This document shows, piece after piece, positions 43,615 to 54,016 of a stretch of 64,000 bases of DNA. The notes under the pieces were generated by a model. It was given only the letters and a program-made list of their open reading frames with translations. It had not been told where the DNA came from and made no database searches. Position 1 is the stretch's first letter, and every line of letters begins with the position of its first letter. Position numbers and translations under genes: made by a program. Origin of the DNA: a virus (Duplodnaviria > Caudoviricetes); the IMG/VR virus record IMGVR_UViG_3300035670_000009, positions 1 to 64,000 of that record; one strand, written 5' to 3'.

Positions 43615-44269
43615 TGGCGTTAATCCAAACTGAGTCACGAAAGTGAGAAATCGGCACGTCTTGCTGGCCGCATAGCGCGCCCAGCATAACGTCGCCTCCT
43701 CGATGCCGCAGGTCTCGCGGCGGCCAGTCGTGCAACAAAAGCAGACTAGAACGCGCCACCCACCAGCCGCCCGTAATAAACTTGACATACGGCGGAATGG
43801 CCCTTCCCGTATACCATGGCTGGTCTTTAATCCACCGCGGTTGGTCGCCTAACAGCCGCTGCCTGTAAAGCGATCCGACCATGGCGTACGTGTCGAGCAA
43901 ATTCTTAACCCTTGGCCACCACGTTGCCACGTCGCAGTTCGGCGCCAGACAAGAGTCGTCGTCGAACCACATCGTAAGCGGCGCACGAAGCGGCCGGTCA
44001 TACAGCATCCGGCGCATGATGGGGTATTTGAAAATGTTGCCGTCGGGCTCGACCCACACGTGTGTGTGAAAGTCGCGCTCTGCGGCCTCGCGCACGTACG
44101 CCTTGGTCTTCTCGCCGACAGCGTTGAAGCCAAACCGGAACTCGACGTTTTGCTTAGCCAGGGCGCGCATCGGTGCATTAAGCACTCTTTGTGCGAGCGG
44201 CAGGCAAATGTCATCTTCTCCGTAGAAGAGCACGCACACGCAAAGTTCAGGAGTTGCGTCACACGCCAT
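43502..44269 (-). CDS. GT2-like glycosyltransferase
   Basis: MWFDDDS DxD motif, FITGGWW, HRGGDVMLG. Confidence 0.65.
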   Translation of the reverse strand: MACDATPELCVCVLFYGEDDICLPLAQRVLNAPMRALAKQNVEFRFGFNAVGEKTKAYVREAAERDFHTHVWVEPDGNIFKYPIMRRMLYDRPLRAPLTMWFDDDSCLAPNCDVATWWPRVKNLLDTYAMVGSLYRQRLLGDQPRWIKDQPWYTGRAIPPYVKFITGGWWVARSSLLLLHDWPPRDLRHRGGDVMLGALCGQQDVPISHFRDSVWINANEKGVESKAPRRGHNEAPIGFRYRPSPAPTPGASGPR

Positions 44270-44303
44270 CGTGGCCGTCCTTGGCTAAATTCGCGCGGGG
44301 ACG

Positions 44304-44852
44304 CTAAATGCGCGCGTTTTGTAGTTTGCTTTTAGCAATTGCTACAGGAAGCACCACAGGCTGCACGCGAGAGCGACTGAGAAGGTTTACCGCTTCCGTC
44401 ATGTCCGTTTTGGCAACGGAACCACCCTCCCGAACCGCCTTCACCATGTTCTGCATTAGCGTTACAAACTTGTTGCGATCCTTGGCTACGCTAAAACAAA
44501 ACCGCACAGAAAACTGCGTTACAGACTTGCCCGCGTGCTCGTCAATGACAGCATGACGTTCCCACGCTTGGCCTTTCTTATCGCGGGTGTAAACCAGCGA
44601 AAGGCGGCCGAGCAAATCGTACACCAATAACAGCGGCGATTTATCCACGTCGTCGTTGAGCGAAAAGACGTGCGGATGCTCGGTCGTTGGCACGAGCGGC
44701 AAACTAGGCGCGGTCTTCTCGTCCAGCGGAACACGGAAAAAGTGCGTCGCGACAGTTCGCTCGCCCGCGACGTCATTGTTGACGAGCATGCTCGCCTCCA
44801 ACACGTTGACGCCGGGCTCGATGACCACAGGGATTTCACGAACAAAGAACAT
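44304..44852 (-). CDS. Hypothetical protein
   Basis: ORF in operon. Confidence 0.55.
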   Translation of the reverse strand: MFFVREIPVVIEPGVNVLEASMLVNNDVAGERTVATHFFRVPLDEKTAPSLPLVPTTEHPHVFSLNDDVDKSPLLLVYDLLGRLSLVYTRDKKGQAWERHAVIDEHAGKSVTQFSVRFCFSVAKDRNKFVTLMQNMVKAVREGGSVAKTDMTEAVNLLSRSRVQPVVLPVAIAKSKLQNARI

Positions 44853-44861
44853 GAGGAAGCC

Positions 44862-45764
44862 TCAGCGGGTGATTTTGTTTTTGCGCCGAGTCGCGGCGGC
44901 GGCCGCTGCGGCGCGCCGTGCACTAGTCGTAAGATCTGAATCGCTCTCCTCTTCTTCGTCCTGCTCAGCAGGTTCCAGGGCCTCGCAAGCCTTGTTGAAC
45001 ATGCCAACGTGATCGCCCACTACGTCTGAGAGCTTGGTAAGCATCTCACCAATTTCTTCCCAGTGTTGCTGGGCCACGCCGTCTCGCTTGGTGGGCGAGG
45101 TGTTTACGTAGTCGTCGTAGATGTTCTCGTCACCCAACCAGAGGCTTTCAGAACGGCCAATAAACCGCCGCAAATGCTGCAGCAGGTCGTGGAGCTGGTT
45201 TTTGATGCCCTTGGGCGCCTGGTGGTTCCGGCCACCCTTGCTCTTCTTGCCGCGCACTTCCTGCAGTTCAACGGCAAGCGTTTTGGCCGGAAGAGCCTCT
45301 TCTGCGCACTTTTCTTCGAGAGCCGCGCGCTTGTCGTCGTCTGAAATTTGGCTGAGCAGCTGGACGTGCGACATCGTCAAACGCCACCGCGGCGCGGACG
45401 GGCAACGCATTTCCAGCAGGCGCTGCAGCTGTCGTTCACCTGCGTACCGCTCGTAAAACGTTTCCGCCGACCGCATTTGATCTGCGGTGTAAATCGGAGC
45501 AAAAACAGAGATCAGCAGCGATGCGGCGTCGACATGCGCCGTCTTCTGTTCAGCTGTAAGGTACGTGTCGGGGTTTTCCGATACCTCACGAATAAGCCGC
45601 CCGATATTCCAGAATGACGTCAGGCTTACGGCGTGCGCCTCGCCGAACAACCCTTCGATCTGGCGAACGACTGTCTGCATGTTGGGCGCCAAATCAGGCG
45701 CATTTGCGATACGCGTGGCCGCCGCCGTTTGTGCAACAACCATTGCATTAGATTTACGAGCCAT
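44862..45764 (-). CDS. DUF1016/YhcG N-terminal-like helical DNA-binding protein
   Basis: AAGGAGG RBS; FWNIGRLI, MRSAETFYERY, LTMSHVQLL...DDKRAAL pattern. Confidence 0.55.
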   Translation of the reverse strand: MARKSNAMVVAQTAAATRIANAPDLAPNMQTVVRQIEGLFGEAHAVSLTSFWNIGRLIREVSENPDTYLTAEQKTAHVDAASLLISVFAPIYTADQMRSAETFYERYAGERQLQRLLEMRCPSAPRWRLTMSHVQLLSQISDDDKRAALEEKCAEEALPAKTLAVELQEVRGKKSKGGRNHQAPKGIKNQLHDLLQHLRRFIGRSESLWLGDENIYDDYVNTSPTKRDGVAQQHWEEIGEMLTKLSDVVGDHVGMFNKACEALEPAEQDEEEESDSDLTTSARRAAAAAAATRRKNKITR

Positions 45765-45832
45765 AGAAACCTCCTTTAATGAATAACCCGTTTCTACTTC
45801 TTGCTCTGATAAAGTCAAGACAATTTTCAAGA

Positions 45833-46996
45833 TCAAGCAGAATCGCCCGGTTTTCGACCCTTCCGAATTTTTGGCGTCATCATTTCCATTGCTGCCATCT
45901 GCAATCGATCTCGCGAGGCGGCGGGCTCGTCGCGAGCGAAGCGCAGCAACGAACAGACCAGGTCATAGGCTGTGCGCGCACCAAGAACACTGTGCGTATA
46001 GACCTCAGTCGGGTCGCGAGGATCCAGATCTGCGCCGACCATTGCTGCGTTTTTAACGATTGTTTTGGCGTCGTCGCGCAGCAGGCCACGCCGTACAAGC
46101 TGTTCCACCCACTGGCCGACAACGTCGTTGAACTTCTCCGTGTCGTCAGTCAGCCCGAGCGGCGTTGCTTGTAGCTTGCCCAGTTGCGCCACAATACGCG
46201 GCATATCCAGCTCGCGAACGACGGCCTTGGCGACAAGCATGTTTGTACGCCCGGCCAAATCTGCGCCCACGTGGCTCATACGGGCGTTGTTTCTGGGCCG
46301 TTCCAACGCAGGGCCAAAACGCGTCAGCAAGCAAAGCACGGCGCTAATCGCTTTGTGTCGGTCTTCGCTATTGTTGAAAGACCAGCCCGCGGCAATCGTG
46401 TGCCGTGAATCTCGATAGATATCTTTCCGCTGACTGGTCGGGTCGATGTAGAACACGCGCAACGCGCGGCCAACAAGCTCGGCTCGCTGAAAACGGGCCG
46501 TCGGCTGCTGGGCCTGCATCTCGTTAACGACAATCTCCAAGAACGCGCTATTGTCGAGCATGCGATGATTCAAACCCAAGAACCCCTCGACGACGCGTTC
46601 GCGGTGATCGACCAGAAGCGTCCGCTCACGCACGGCGTCAATTCGAGTGCGGGCAACAAGGTTAAACAGACTGACCGCGGCTTGCAGGCTCGGCTCTGCT
46701 TCTTGATTTGCACTAATGCGCTGCTCGCCCGCCACTTCGCTGAAAACGCTGGCAAGGCCTGGCGCTAAACCGGTCGCCAGCGCCTGAAAGCCCAGGTAGT
46801 TAAACCGGTAGCCGTTTTCTGCCAGGCGGCCGTCAGGCGCCATGAGAAGCTGCTCGACATCTGAGATGGGCACGCAGTCCGTGTGCTCGCTGCGCTGCGC
46901 AAGAAACTGTTGCAGATCGTTCAGCTGCTGGGAGTTAAAAGCCAGCGCCGTGACGGGCGCAAAAATCGATCGGTTACGAATTGTAGCGCCAGCCAT
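45833..46996 (-). CDS. Hypothetical protein, possibly DUF932-like
   Basis: LLVD...GFLGLNHRMLDN. Confidence 0.45.
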   Translation of the reverse strand: MAGATIRNRSIFAPVTALAFNSQQLNDLQQFLAQRSEHTDCVPISDVEQLLMAPDGRLAENGYRFNYLGFQALATGLAPGLASVFSEVAGEQRISANQEAEPSLQAAVSLFNLVARTRIDAVRERTLLVDHRERVVEGFLGLNHRMLDNSAFLEIVVNEMQAQQPTARFQRAELVGRALRVFYIDPTSQRKDIYRDSRHTIAAGWSFNNSEDRHKAISAVLCLLTRFGPALERPRNNARMSHVGADLAGRTNMLVAKAVVRELDMPRIVAQLGKLQATPLGLTDDTEKFNDVVGQWVEQLVRRGLLRDDAKTIVKNAAMVGADLDPRDPTEVYTHSVLGARTAYDLVCSLLRFARDEPAASRDRLQMAAMEMMTPKIRKGRKPGDSA

Positions 46997-47010
46997 CCAT
47001 GCGCCTTCAG

Positions 47011-47553
47011 TTAGAGCGAGAACCAGTCTAACCCGATGGTTTTGAATAAGTGTTTAGTGGGGCACGTTGCAATTTCGAGGCGGCCGTCTTCGTCTCGCAA
47101 TTGAAACGACGGGCCGGACACGTTGTAGTCCAAATTGTGAGCACAATAGAACGTACGCACCACTGGAAACACGAAAATCCAACGATTATCTGTGCCGTTA
47201 ACGGCGTCTGTGGCCAGCGATTTAGTCACCGCTTTTACAAGTCGATTCTTGTCATGCGGCCTAAAAAGTGCCTGAAAATCCAGCTCGTGAAGTCGAGGAA
47301 CCCGCCGCCCGTGAAGCCGCCCTGGAAATCCGCGAAACGTATGATTAAACCAAGCAAAGTTCAGTTTGTTCTGACCTGTTTCGCGACGACACGCGTTCGC
47401 CATAAAACTCCAGCCAGTAATCTTGATGCCGCATTCGGCAAAAACGCGTTTGATGACGCGCTCTTCGTAGTCGAGCTGCCGTTGTTGGCGGCGGAGCTCG
47501 TCCTGCGCAGTGTCCTCACGGCGGAGGTTGTCAAAGAAGTTGTCACGGTTCAT
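47011..47553 (-). CDS. Hypothetical protein
   Basis: ORF abutting upstream stop. Confidence 0.55.
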   Translation of the reverse strand: MNRDNFFDNLRREDTAQDELRRQQRQLDYEERVIKRVFAECGIKITGWSFMANACRRETGQNKLNFAWFNHTFRGFPGRLHGRRVPRLHELDFQALFRPHDKNRLVKAVTKSLATDAVNGTDNRWIFVFPVVRTFYCAHNLDYNVSGPSFQLRDEDGRLEIATCPTKHLFKTIGLDWFSL

Positions 47554-47885
47554 CAGGTCGCCTGCGCGGGTTGCTCCGGTTCCTTCTTCAGCAGCTCGCC
47601 CTGTGGTTTCTCGGACTTGTGTTGGCGTTCACGCCGGACACGCCGCTTGAGCGTTTCGATTTCGCGCTGCAGCGCATTCACCTTCGTCGCCATAGTCCAA
47701 AGCGCGAACTTGATGTCGGCTATGTGCGGAATTTCAGGCCCGTCCTCAATGTCCATTTCAAACTGCTCAAGCATGAGCCCGCGACACACGCCAATAATCA
47801 AATCCGGTTCTGCGTCTTTCCGCAGCAAATGACTCAGCTGCTGATACGGAGTCATCTCGTGCGACTTGTGCTTTGTGGTTGCCAT
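47553..47885 (-). CDS. Hypothetical coiled-coil protein
   Basis: AAGG RBS. Confidence 0.5.
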   Translation of the reverse strand: MATTKHKSHEMTPYQQLSHLLRKDAEPDLIIGVCRGLMLEQFEMDIEDGPEIPHIADIKFALWTMATKVNALQREIETLKRRVRRERQHKSEKPQGELLKKEPEQPAQAT

Positions 47886-47901
47886 ACAAACCTTTCTATA
47901 A

Positions 47902-49275
47902 CTAACTGACCTGCCCCAGAGGATCAAAATCCGCCGGAATCACATCTTCGGTCATGCGAGATTCGCTCGCGCGCAACTCGGGCTCATCGACGATGTTTTG
48001 CTTGGCCAGTTCGGCCATCACCTGTTCGCGATAACGCACTGCTGGGTCGCACACCAGATAGTCATTTACACCCAGAAGCCCGTGAAGCACGCCCATTACC
48101 TTGGTGTTCTTCTCGAGCACCATGGCGATGTCGACCTCAGACAGGGCTTCTTGTTTGGATACGCCCAAAGCCTCGGACCAGACCAGCGGCACGTCGGCGT
48201 TTTTGGTGCCGTGCTTGTACTCCAGATCACACACCTGCCGGAGCAGCGCCGGAAGCTTGGGGTCCATGCCCGCCGGGAGCTTCTTGTTGTTCTCGTCCTG
48301 CAGCTCTATGAGGAGCCGGATCGTGGCGGTGTGCCAGTCCCAGTAGTGGAACTGCTGATTCTTGAACGTGTCCTCGCCGTTTTTGTCTTTAGCGGGCACG
48401 ATCTCGTTGTACCACATGAGATTAACTACAACTTTGCGCCCAGGCGCGCCGAGATTGTTTTTGGTCGCCGTGATGCGCACCGCCTGGCCTTCGGCCCGGC
48501 CGAACTGAAGCGTCTTGCTCGAGGTGCGTTGCATATCAAGAATCAAGGTCGGATAGTAGTCGAGACTGGCGCCGCCGGGAGCGTATTTCTTGGGCGGGCC
48601 AAACCCCATGGAGTTGATTTCCTCCTTGAGGTGGTTGGTAGCCACGAACGCGATCGGGTAATGCCGCAGGGTGGGCACCAGCGCCGTGCGCATAAAATCC
48701 GATAGGTTGCGGGCCAGGTACGGGTGACCTGCCGCCGCGTGCCCCTCTTCGGCCACCTTGTCGACGCGACGATCGACCTCCACGGCCGAGATCGAGTCGA
48801 TGCCGATGCACACGGGAAAAGCCTTGTCGGCGTTGTCGGCCTGCGCGTGGATCTTCTGGCAGAAACCCATGTACTTCTTTTGCCAGTCTTCGACCGACTG
48901 CGCTTTCACGCAGAACGTGCGCTTCTTGTAGTCGGCGTTGTGCCCCATGATGCCCTCGAGCATCGTCTCGGAGTTCTTGTTCTCCGTGTCAATCAGGATT
49001 GCGCCGCCGCCGTAGACGTTAAACCAGCGCATGATCTCCATGAGCAACGCAGACTTACCGGCAGAGAACTCGCCGCGAAGCTGTGTAAACCGCGAGAGCG
49101 GAAAGATGTTGGCCTGAAGCAAGTACCGCGCAGCCAACGACGGCAACGGCAAACCGATTAGTGGATCCTGGTCCTCGGCATTCGCCTTGAGAACTTCCGT
49201 GATCGCGGGGTGCTCCCCGTTCCTCGTTTGAAGGCTAATTCCTTCTTCTTCCGTCGCCTTTTTACGTTTTGCCAT
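47902..49275 (-). CDS. recA: RecA/UvsX-like recombinase
   Basis: GEFSAGKS Walker A, IDTE, IGIDSISA Walker B, ATNHL, APGGASLDYY, KNNLG. Confidence 0.85.
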   Translation of the reverse strand: MAKRKKATEEEGISLQTRNGEHPAITEVLKANAEDQDPLIGLPLPSLAARYLLQANIFPLSRFTQLRGEFSAGKSALLMEIMRWFNVYGGGAILIDTENKNSETMLEGIMGHNADYKKRTFCVKAQSVEDWQKKYMGFCQKIHAQADNADKAFPVCIGIDSISAVEVDRRVDKVAEEGHAAAGHPYLARNLSDFMRTALVPTLRHYPIAFVATNHLKEEINSMGFGPPKKYAPGGASLDYYPTLILDMQRTSSKTLQFGRAEGQAVRITATKNNLGAPGRKVVVNLMWYNEIVPAKDKNGEDTFKNQQFHYWDWHTATIRLLIELQDENNKKLPAGMDPKLPALLRQVCDLEYKHGTKNADVPLVWSEALGVSKQEALSEVDIAMVLEKNTKVMGVLHGLLGVNDYLVCDPAVRYREQVMAELAKQNIVDEPELRASESRMTEDVIPADFDPLGQVS

Positions 49276-49375
49276 AACTCCCTCAAAAACCGCCGCGCAC
49301 TACACAGTGCTGACAGTAGGCTGTGAAAAACACCAACACAGTGCCCGCGCGGGACCGCTGTGTCTAATCAGACGT

Positions 49376-50791
49376 TCAGCGCTTACGGGCCGAAGCTGCC
49401 TGCCGCGCTTTAGCGATGATGTCTTGAACATTCGCAACCGGGCGCGGAGTTGCCGCGGGCGTCGACGGAGGCGTTGCGTCAGCCGCAGAAGAGAACATCT
49501 CATCAACGCCTGCAGCTTCATCGTCAGTCAGCTCGCCCGGCACATTAAACGGCACAGACTGGGCGGTAGCGGCGGCGGGCGCGACGCCAGTCGCTTTGGT
49601 TTGATTCACCGGCGGCGAGAACGGCTGGACTGCCGCACGGCGTGGCGCGACTTCCGGTTCCTCCAGATTCTCGACGTCGCAGTCGCTCATATCGACCGTC
49701 GTCGTACCGCGCGGGAGCGTCCGCAGATACTGCGGGAACTCCTGCCAAGCGAACTGCAACGCCTCTCTGGGAAACGCCTTGGACAGCATTTCAGCCTGCT
49801 CTTCGTACGTGGGAATAAACATGTATTCGTCCCACGACTGCGTCTCGGTAACAAGCTGCTCGGCGTAGGGCTCGAGCGACACCGGGTGCCCGTTGTAGGC
49901 ATCGTGAATCACCACACGGTGCGTCATTGAGCTCGGCTGCGCGCAGCTGCCCACAATCACAGGCGTTTGCTGCTGCGCGTACTTCGGAATCTGCACGCCC
50001 GTGAGACCCTGAACCGACATCGCCGTAGCGTTCTTGACGTTGTGCCCGTTTGTGAAACCCTCGGGCACAAATGTGATCAGTTTGGCGGCCCCAAAGCTGA
50101 GCATGTCACCCGTGAGGTACTCGCCGGTCGCTTCGTCACGAACGGCCAATGCCGAGTAAAGCGCTTGAGCGGCCGAGGTCTTCAGGCCGATAATCCGGGC
50201 GTTCTTCTTCTGGTCTTCGCCGAACGTCAGCAGTGTGGGACGGCCCATTTCATCGAGGCCCACGGCCGAGGCCGACACGAACAACGTCTTCTCCGGCTTG
50301 CGGAGCGAACCGACGTGCGACTTGGGCACAAAGTTTTTCGACAGCAGTTCGGCGTAGAGCCGACCGATGCCCGGGGTGTCCTGATTCTTGTACGCCGTGT
50401 TGCGCAGGACGTGATAAGGCGACTCATACATGTCCAGATCGGGGTTGCCGTCGTGGATGATGAAGCACACGCCCGGGTTGCCGACCCAGTTGGCGCAGGT
50501 ATAGAGTCGCGACCAGTCGCCGAATGCGGCGTCGTCTCGACCTTCACGAAAATTGACAAACTGCCGATTACCGGCAGCGTCCTTGTTGGTCTCGTCATAA
50601 ATCGGCAAAAGACGAATGGTGAAGCCGTTGGCGAACAAATCCGCGCCCTGAGCTACCAGGACGTTGTTCTGCTTGCCGTATGCGTAGCGGCGTTTGGCTG
50701 GGTCGCCGCCACCGCCGCCCGAGCCGATACCGTGCGCCTTGCGGTACTCCGGATCGATGGCGGCCAGATTTTGAGAAGCGTATCGGGGCAT
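49376..50791 (-). CDS. Hypothetical replication-region protein (possible ssDNA-binding protein)
   Basis: Between polymerase and recA; IRLLP motif; low-complexity tail; GAAGGAG RBS. Confidence 0.45.
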   Translation of the reverse strand: MPRYASQNLAAIDPEYRKAHGIGSGGGGGDPAKRRYAYGKQNNVLVAQGADLFANGFTIRLLPIYDETNKDAAGNRQFVNFREGRDDAAFGDWSRLYTCANWVGNPGVCFIIHDGNPDLDMYESPYHVLRNTAYKNQDTPGIGRLYAELLSKNFVPKSHVGSLRKPEKTLFVSASAVGLDEMGRPTLLTFGEDQKKNARIIGLKTSAAQALYSALAVRDEATGEYLTGDMLSFGAAKLITFVPEGFTNGHNVKNATAMSVQGLTGVQIPKYAQQQTPVIVGSCAQPSSMTHRVVIHDAYNGHPVSLEPYAEQLVTETQSWDEYMFIPTYEEQAEMLSKAFPREALQFAWQEFPQYLRTLPRGTTTVDMSDCDVENLEEPEVAPRRAAVQPFSPPVNQTKATGVAPAAATAQSVPFNVPGELTDDEAAGVDEMFSSAADATPPSTPAATPRPVANVQDIIAKARQAASARKR

Positions 50792-50875
50792 ATGTGCCAC
50801 TCCTTCGAGAATGCCATGTTTCAAATGGCGGTGTGAAATCGCAGTCTAACTCGGAAAACCAGAAAGTCCAGATGA

Positions 50876-53800
50876 TCAGTCCGCGCAAAGCCAACCCAAG
50901 CCCAAAGCCCTTGCCTGGTCTGGCTTTAGCTTTTCTCCCCAACTGACAAACACCTCTCGATCAGCGCCGAAGTGGTACGGCTGCTTGATCGGAATCAGTG
51001 ACCCGTCAAGGTAACGAGGCCAAAACGGGACATCGTCGACCATGCATTTAGGCACCACGTGCTTGTACACGTGCTCAGCGTGTTCAACTGGCACGATAAG
51101 CATGATTGCGTCGTGGATCTGCAGCGCAATGTCGTATTGCACTTCGGGATGCGCGCGACGGTATTGATAGAAGTTGTTTAACGCGATCGATACAGCGTCC
51201 GCCACGCCGCCTTGAATCGGAAAGTTCTGCGCCTGGCGCTGTTGTTCCCCGATCACGGCGCGGTCAGTCGACGGCATAAACCGCCGGTAGCGACCGTACG
51301 GACCCACGAGCCAGCCTGGCATTTGGCTACGTTCGCGGCACTCGGCCAGAAAATCTTTGGTGCGGGGATACGTGTCGAAGTAGGCGTCGATCATCAATTG
51401 GCACTCTTCGGCCGTGACCTCGACGCCCTCCTCTTTGCACTGCCGCGCGATAGCCTCGGCGCCGCGGCCGTAAGGAATTCCAAAATTCACGTTCTTGGCC
51501 GCCACCCGAAGGCCTTTCTTACCGGCCTTCTTCATGCCGCCCTTGGTCGGCTCAATGCCAGTCAAGGCAAAAGCCTTTACAGCCTGCCGAGAATGGATGT
51601 CGTAGTGGTCAGGGTGCTCCTCGGGCAGGAGATTCCGCCTTACGTGTTCGATAAAATTCTGGTCCTGGCTCAACCACGCGAGGACCGCCAGTTCCGCACC
51701 TGTGAGGTCCGTCTCGATGCCAACGCAGCCCTCGGGTACACGAAGGATCGAGCGGACGGGATGCCGGTAGGACTCTCCGAGGATTCGCCCGTAGTCGTCT
51801 TCGCGGCGGGAGCTGAGGTTTTGCAGCGGGGGCCGGGAGCTGCTGGCGCGGCCGGTTTCCTTGGTCTGAAAAAGATGCGTGCGCACTTTGCCATCTGCAT
51901 GCATAGCGCCAATAAGGCCTTTTTCATATTGGTAGTGGCCGCCTTCATCGGTTTCAAAATCTCCATCTTCGTTAATGGCTGGTTTCCGCAACACGGAAAC
52001 GAGCACCTGGCTGATGAACTTGTAATCGCGGATTTTAGCGGCCGTAACGTTCTGGTGTCCAAGAATGCCGAGGCTTTCTTTGTCGGTACTGGGAACGGCC
52101 GACTCCCTTCGCGTTTTGTAGTTCAATTCGCGCCAGAGCGCGGGCCGTTTGCCCGTTGTCTTGATGGGCGTAAGCCCAAGCGGTTGCGCGTCGTCAGGAA
52201 CCTGAACCGCTGCGGCGTAACGGTTTAGGAACTGCCTCCCAAACAGCGCCACGGAAAGCTGCGGCTGACTTTTGGGATTAAACGCAGGCCAGTTTAAGTC
52301 TGCGCGAAGCTCTGCCAGCAACCGGTCCTGCGCGTTCATGAAGATGGTCGTTAATTCGTCGGCCCGCGCGCGATCCACGACCAAACCGGTTCGCTCCATT
52401 TCCAGAAAGGCGAGACTGGCCTGATGAGCCGTCCAGTATGGCAGCCAGCAGTCGTTTCCATAGATATCTTTGGCGATCAACCCGTCGGTTCCGTCGGTGC
52501 CGTAAAAGCGCAGCATGATCCGCCGAGTAACGTCGGCGTCGTAGCTGGCATAAGGGTGAAGAACAGAACACGGAATCACGCCGTAGCCCGCCATCTCGCT
52601 GGCCTTGATCTTCTTTCGCTTCTCGTAGCGTTTCTTCCACTTGTCCAGCGCGACCCAGTAGGTCGGCGCGGTAGTGAACCGCATTGAGCACTCGTCCAGG
52701 CCGAACTTCGCGGTCTCGTTGACTGCGTGATACATCAAGCTGGTGTCCCAGCCGCCCTCGGTACGAATGTCGGGAGAAGCCGCCGGGGCGTACTCGTCGC
52801 GGCAATCTACGCCGAAGTCGATGAGCCACGGCAAATCGGCGCGGAGGAAATGGCCGCCCACCCGGACCTTGCGGTCTGGGCTGCTCTTGAGGAGCCGGTT
52901 CAGCTGAACGCGAGCTGCTTCAAGATTGGGCCGGAACGCCTCCGCGCCGTTGTCGTAGCGAAGGACGACGGTCCGCGCCCACTTGTCGCGGTTGCTGACC
53001 TGAATCGTCCTAAGATAAGCGCCAGCCTCCGTCGGGTAATCGCCGTGCCATTCGCAGTCCACGGCGATGATGTTTGCGTTTGGGTCAGGGTCCGAGAGCA
53101 TCTCATCGACCATCTCGGTGAGCGCCTCTTCGGTGTAAACGTCGGCATGGTCGACCAGTTCTTGCTCAGGCATGCGGTCATGAATGAGATCCACGAACCG
53201 CCGAACCTGGCCGCGTAAGTCTTCGTAAGCCTCGGGCTTACGCAACAAGTACGCGGGGTTCATGGCCGTCATCACCTTGATTTCGCGTTCGCCTGCACCG
53301 TCGGGGACCTTGATCGTCATCACCCGCCCCGAAAGATTGGAGACGTTGCCGGTCGTGTTTAACACGGCCTTAGCGGCCTCTTGGCCCAAGCAGAGAACAT
53401 AGTCCGGCCGGACAAGCTGCAGTTCTTGGTGCAAGAGCGGCGCGCAATCTTTGAGCCACGCAGCCGGGGTCGTGCTCGAGTCGGGCGTCGGCGAGCCGAA
53501 CTTGCAAGCGAAAGTAACGTACCAGCTGTGATATTCCTCCTCGGGCACGTTCAGGTCGGCCAGCACGTTTTCAAATTCCTCGCCGATTCGGCCGGTCATT
53601 ACGCGCTGCGCGGCCATCTCGTCTCGTCCAGGTATTTTCGAGACGACCATCACCCGCGCCGCTTTGGGGCCGTACGTGCCTTCGTCTGCTAGGCCCCAGA
53701 TGTGCCCGGGGACGAACTGCGAAACCTTCGAACCGTTCTTGAGTTTGATTGGTAACGAAAAAGTCGGCTCGTACAGCGCGAGGCGGTAGAGATAGACAAG

Positions 53801-54016
53801 ATGTTTTCCGGGGTCGACTTTCTTTTTCTTAACCTGCGCCGGGTCAATCGAGTCGCCCAACATGGTGGCGTGCTCGATGAAATTCGGCCCTGGTTGCGGC
53901 ATGCCTGGGCCGGTCATGTCTAGAAACGGGTAGAGAGCGTCGGCCAGGGCGGCGCTCTCCTCGTCGCCGTCCAGGGCCCGAGACAACAGGTGCGTAAACG
54001 TCAGCGTGGCCGTCAT
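50876..54016 (-). CDS. polA: Family A DNA polymerase with N-terminal uracil-DNA-glycosylase-like domain and 3'-5' exonuclease
   Basis: Pol motifs DLTGAEL, RVAAKNVNFGIPYG, IHDA; exonuclease VDCE; UDG-4-like CAPLLHQELQLVRPDYVLCLG and NPAYLLR; start MTATL overlaps upstream stop. Confidence 0.92.
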   Translation of the reverse strand: MTATLTFTHLLSRALDGDEESAALADALYPFLDMTGPGMPQPGPNFIEHATMLGDSIDPAQVKKKKVDPGKHLVYLYRLALYEPTFSLPIKLKNGSKVSQFVPGHIWGLADEGTYGPKAARVMVVSKIPGRDEMAAQRVMTGRIGEEFENVLADLNVPEEEYHSWYVTFACKFGSPTPDSSTTPAAWLKDCAPLLHQELQLVRPDYVLCLGQEAAKAVLNTTGNVSNLSGRVMTIKVPDGAGEREIKVMTAMNPAYLLRKPEAYEDLRGQVRRFVDLIHDRMPEQELVDHADVYTEEALTEMVDEMLSDPDPNANIIAVDCEWHGDYPTEAGAYLRTIQVSNRDKWARTVVLRYDNGAEAFRPNLEAARVQLNRLLKSSPDRKVRVGGHFLRADLPWLIDFGVDCRDEYAPAASPDIRTEGGWDTSLMYHAVNETAKFGLDECSMRFTTAPTYWVALDKWKKRYEKRKKIKASEMAGYGVIPCSVLHPYASYDADVTRRIMLRFYGTDGTDGLIAKDIYGNDCWLPYWTAHQASLAFLEMERTGLVVDRARADELTTIFMNAQDRLLAELRADLNWPAFNPKSQPQLSVALFGRQFLNRYAAAVQVPDDAQPLGLTPIKTTGKRPALWRELNYKTRRESAVPSTDKESLGILGHQNVTAAKIRDYKFISQVLVSVLRKPAINEDGDFETDEGGHYQYEKGLIGAMHADGKVRTHLFQTKETGRASSSRPPLQNLSSRREDDYGRILGESYRHPVRSILRVPEGCVGIETDLTGAELAVLAWLSQDQNFIEHVRRNLLPEEHPDHYDIHSRQAVKAFALTGIEPTKGGMKKAGKKGLRVAAKNVNFGIPYGRGAEAIARQCKEEGVEVTAEECQLMIDAYFDTYPRTKDFLAECRERSQMPGWLVGPYGRYRRFMPSTDRAVIGEQQRQAQNFPIQGGVADAVSIALNNFYQYRRAHPEVQYDIALQIHDAIMLIVPVEHAEHVYKHVVPKCMVDDVPFWPRYLDGSLIPIKQPYHFGADREVFVSWGEKLKPDQARALGLGWLCAD

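Noticed and set aside
44283-44336. Repeated GCTAAA near 44283-44310 (also 38636-38660) as extra promoters
   Set aside because: No GGCATAT at the 16-bp spacing in either orientation.
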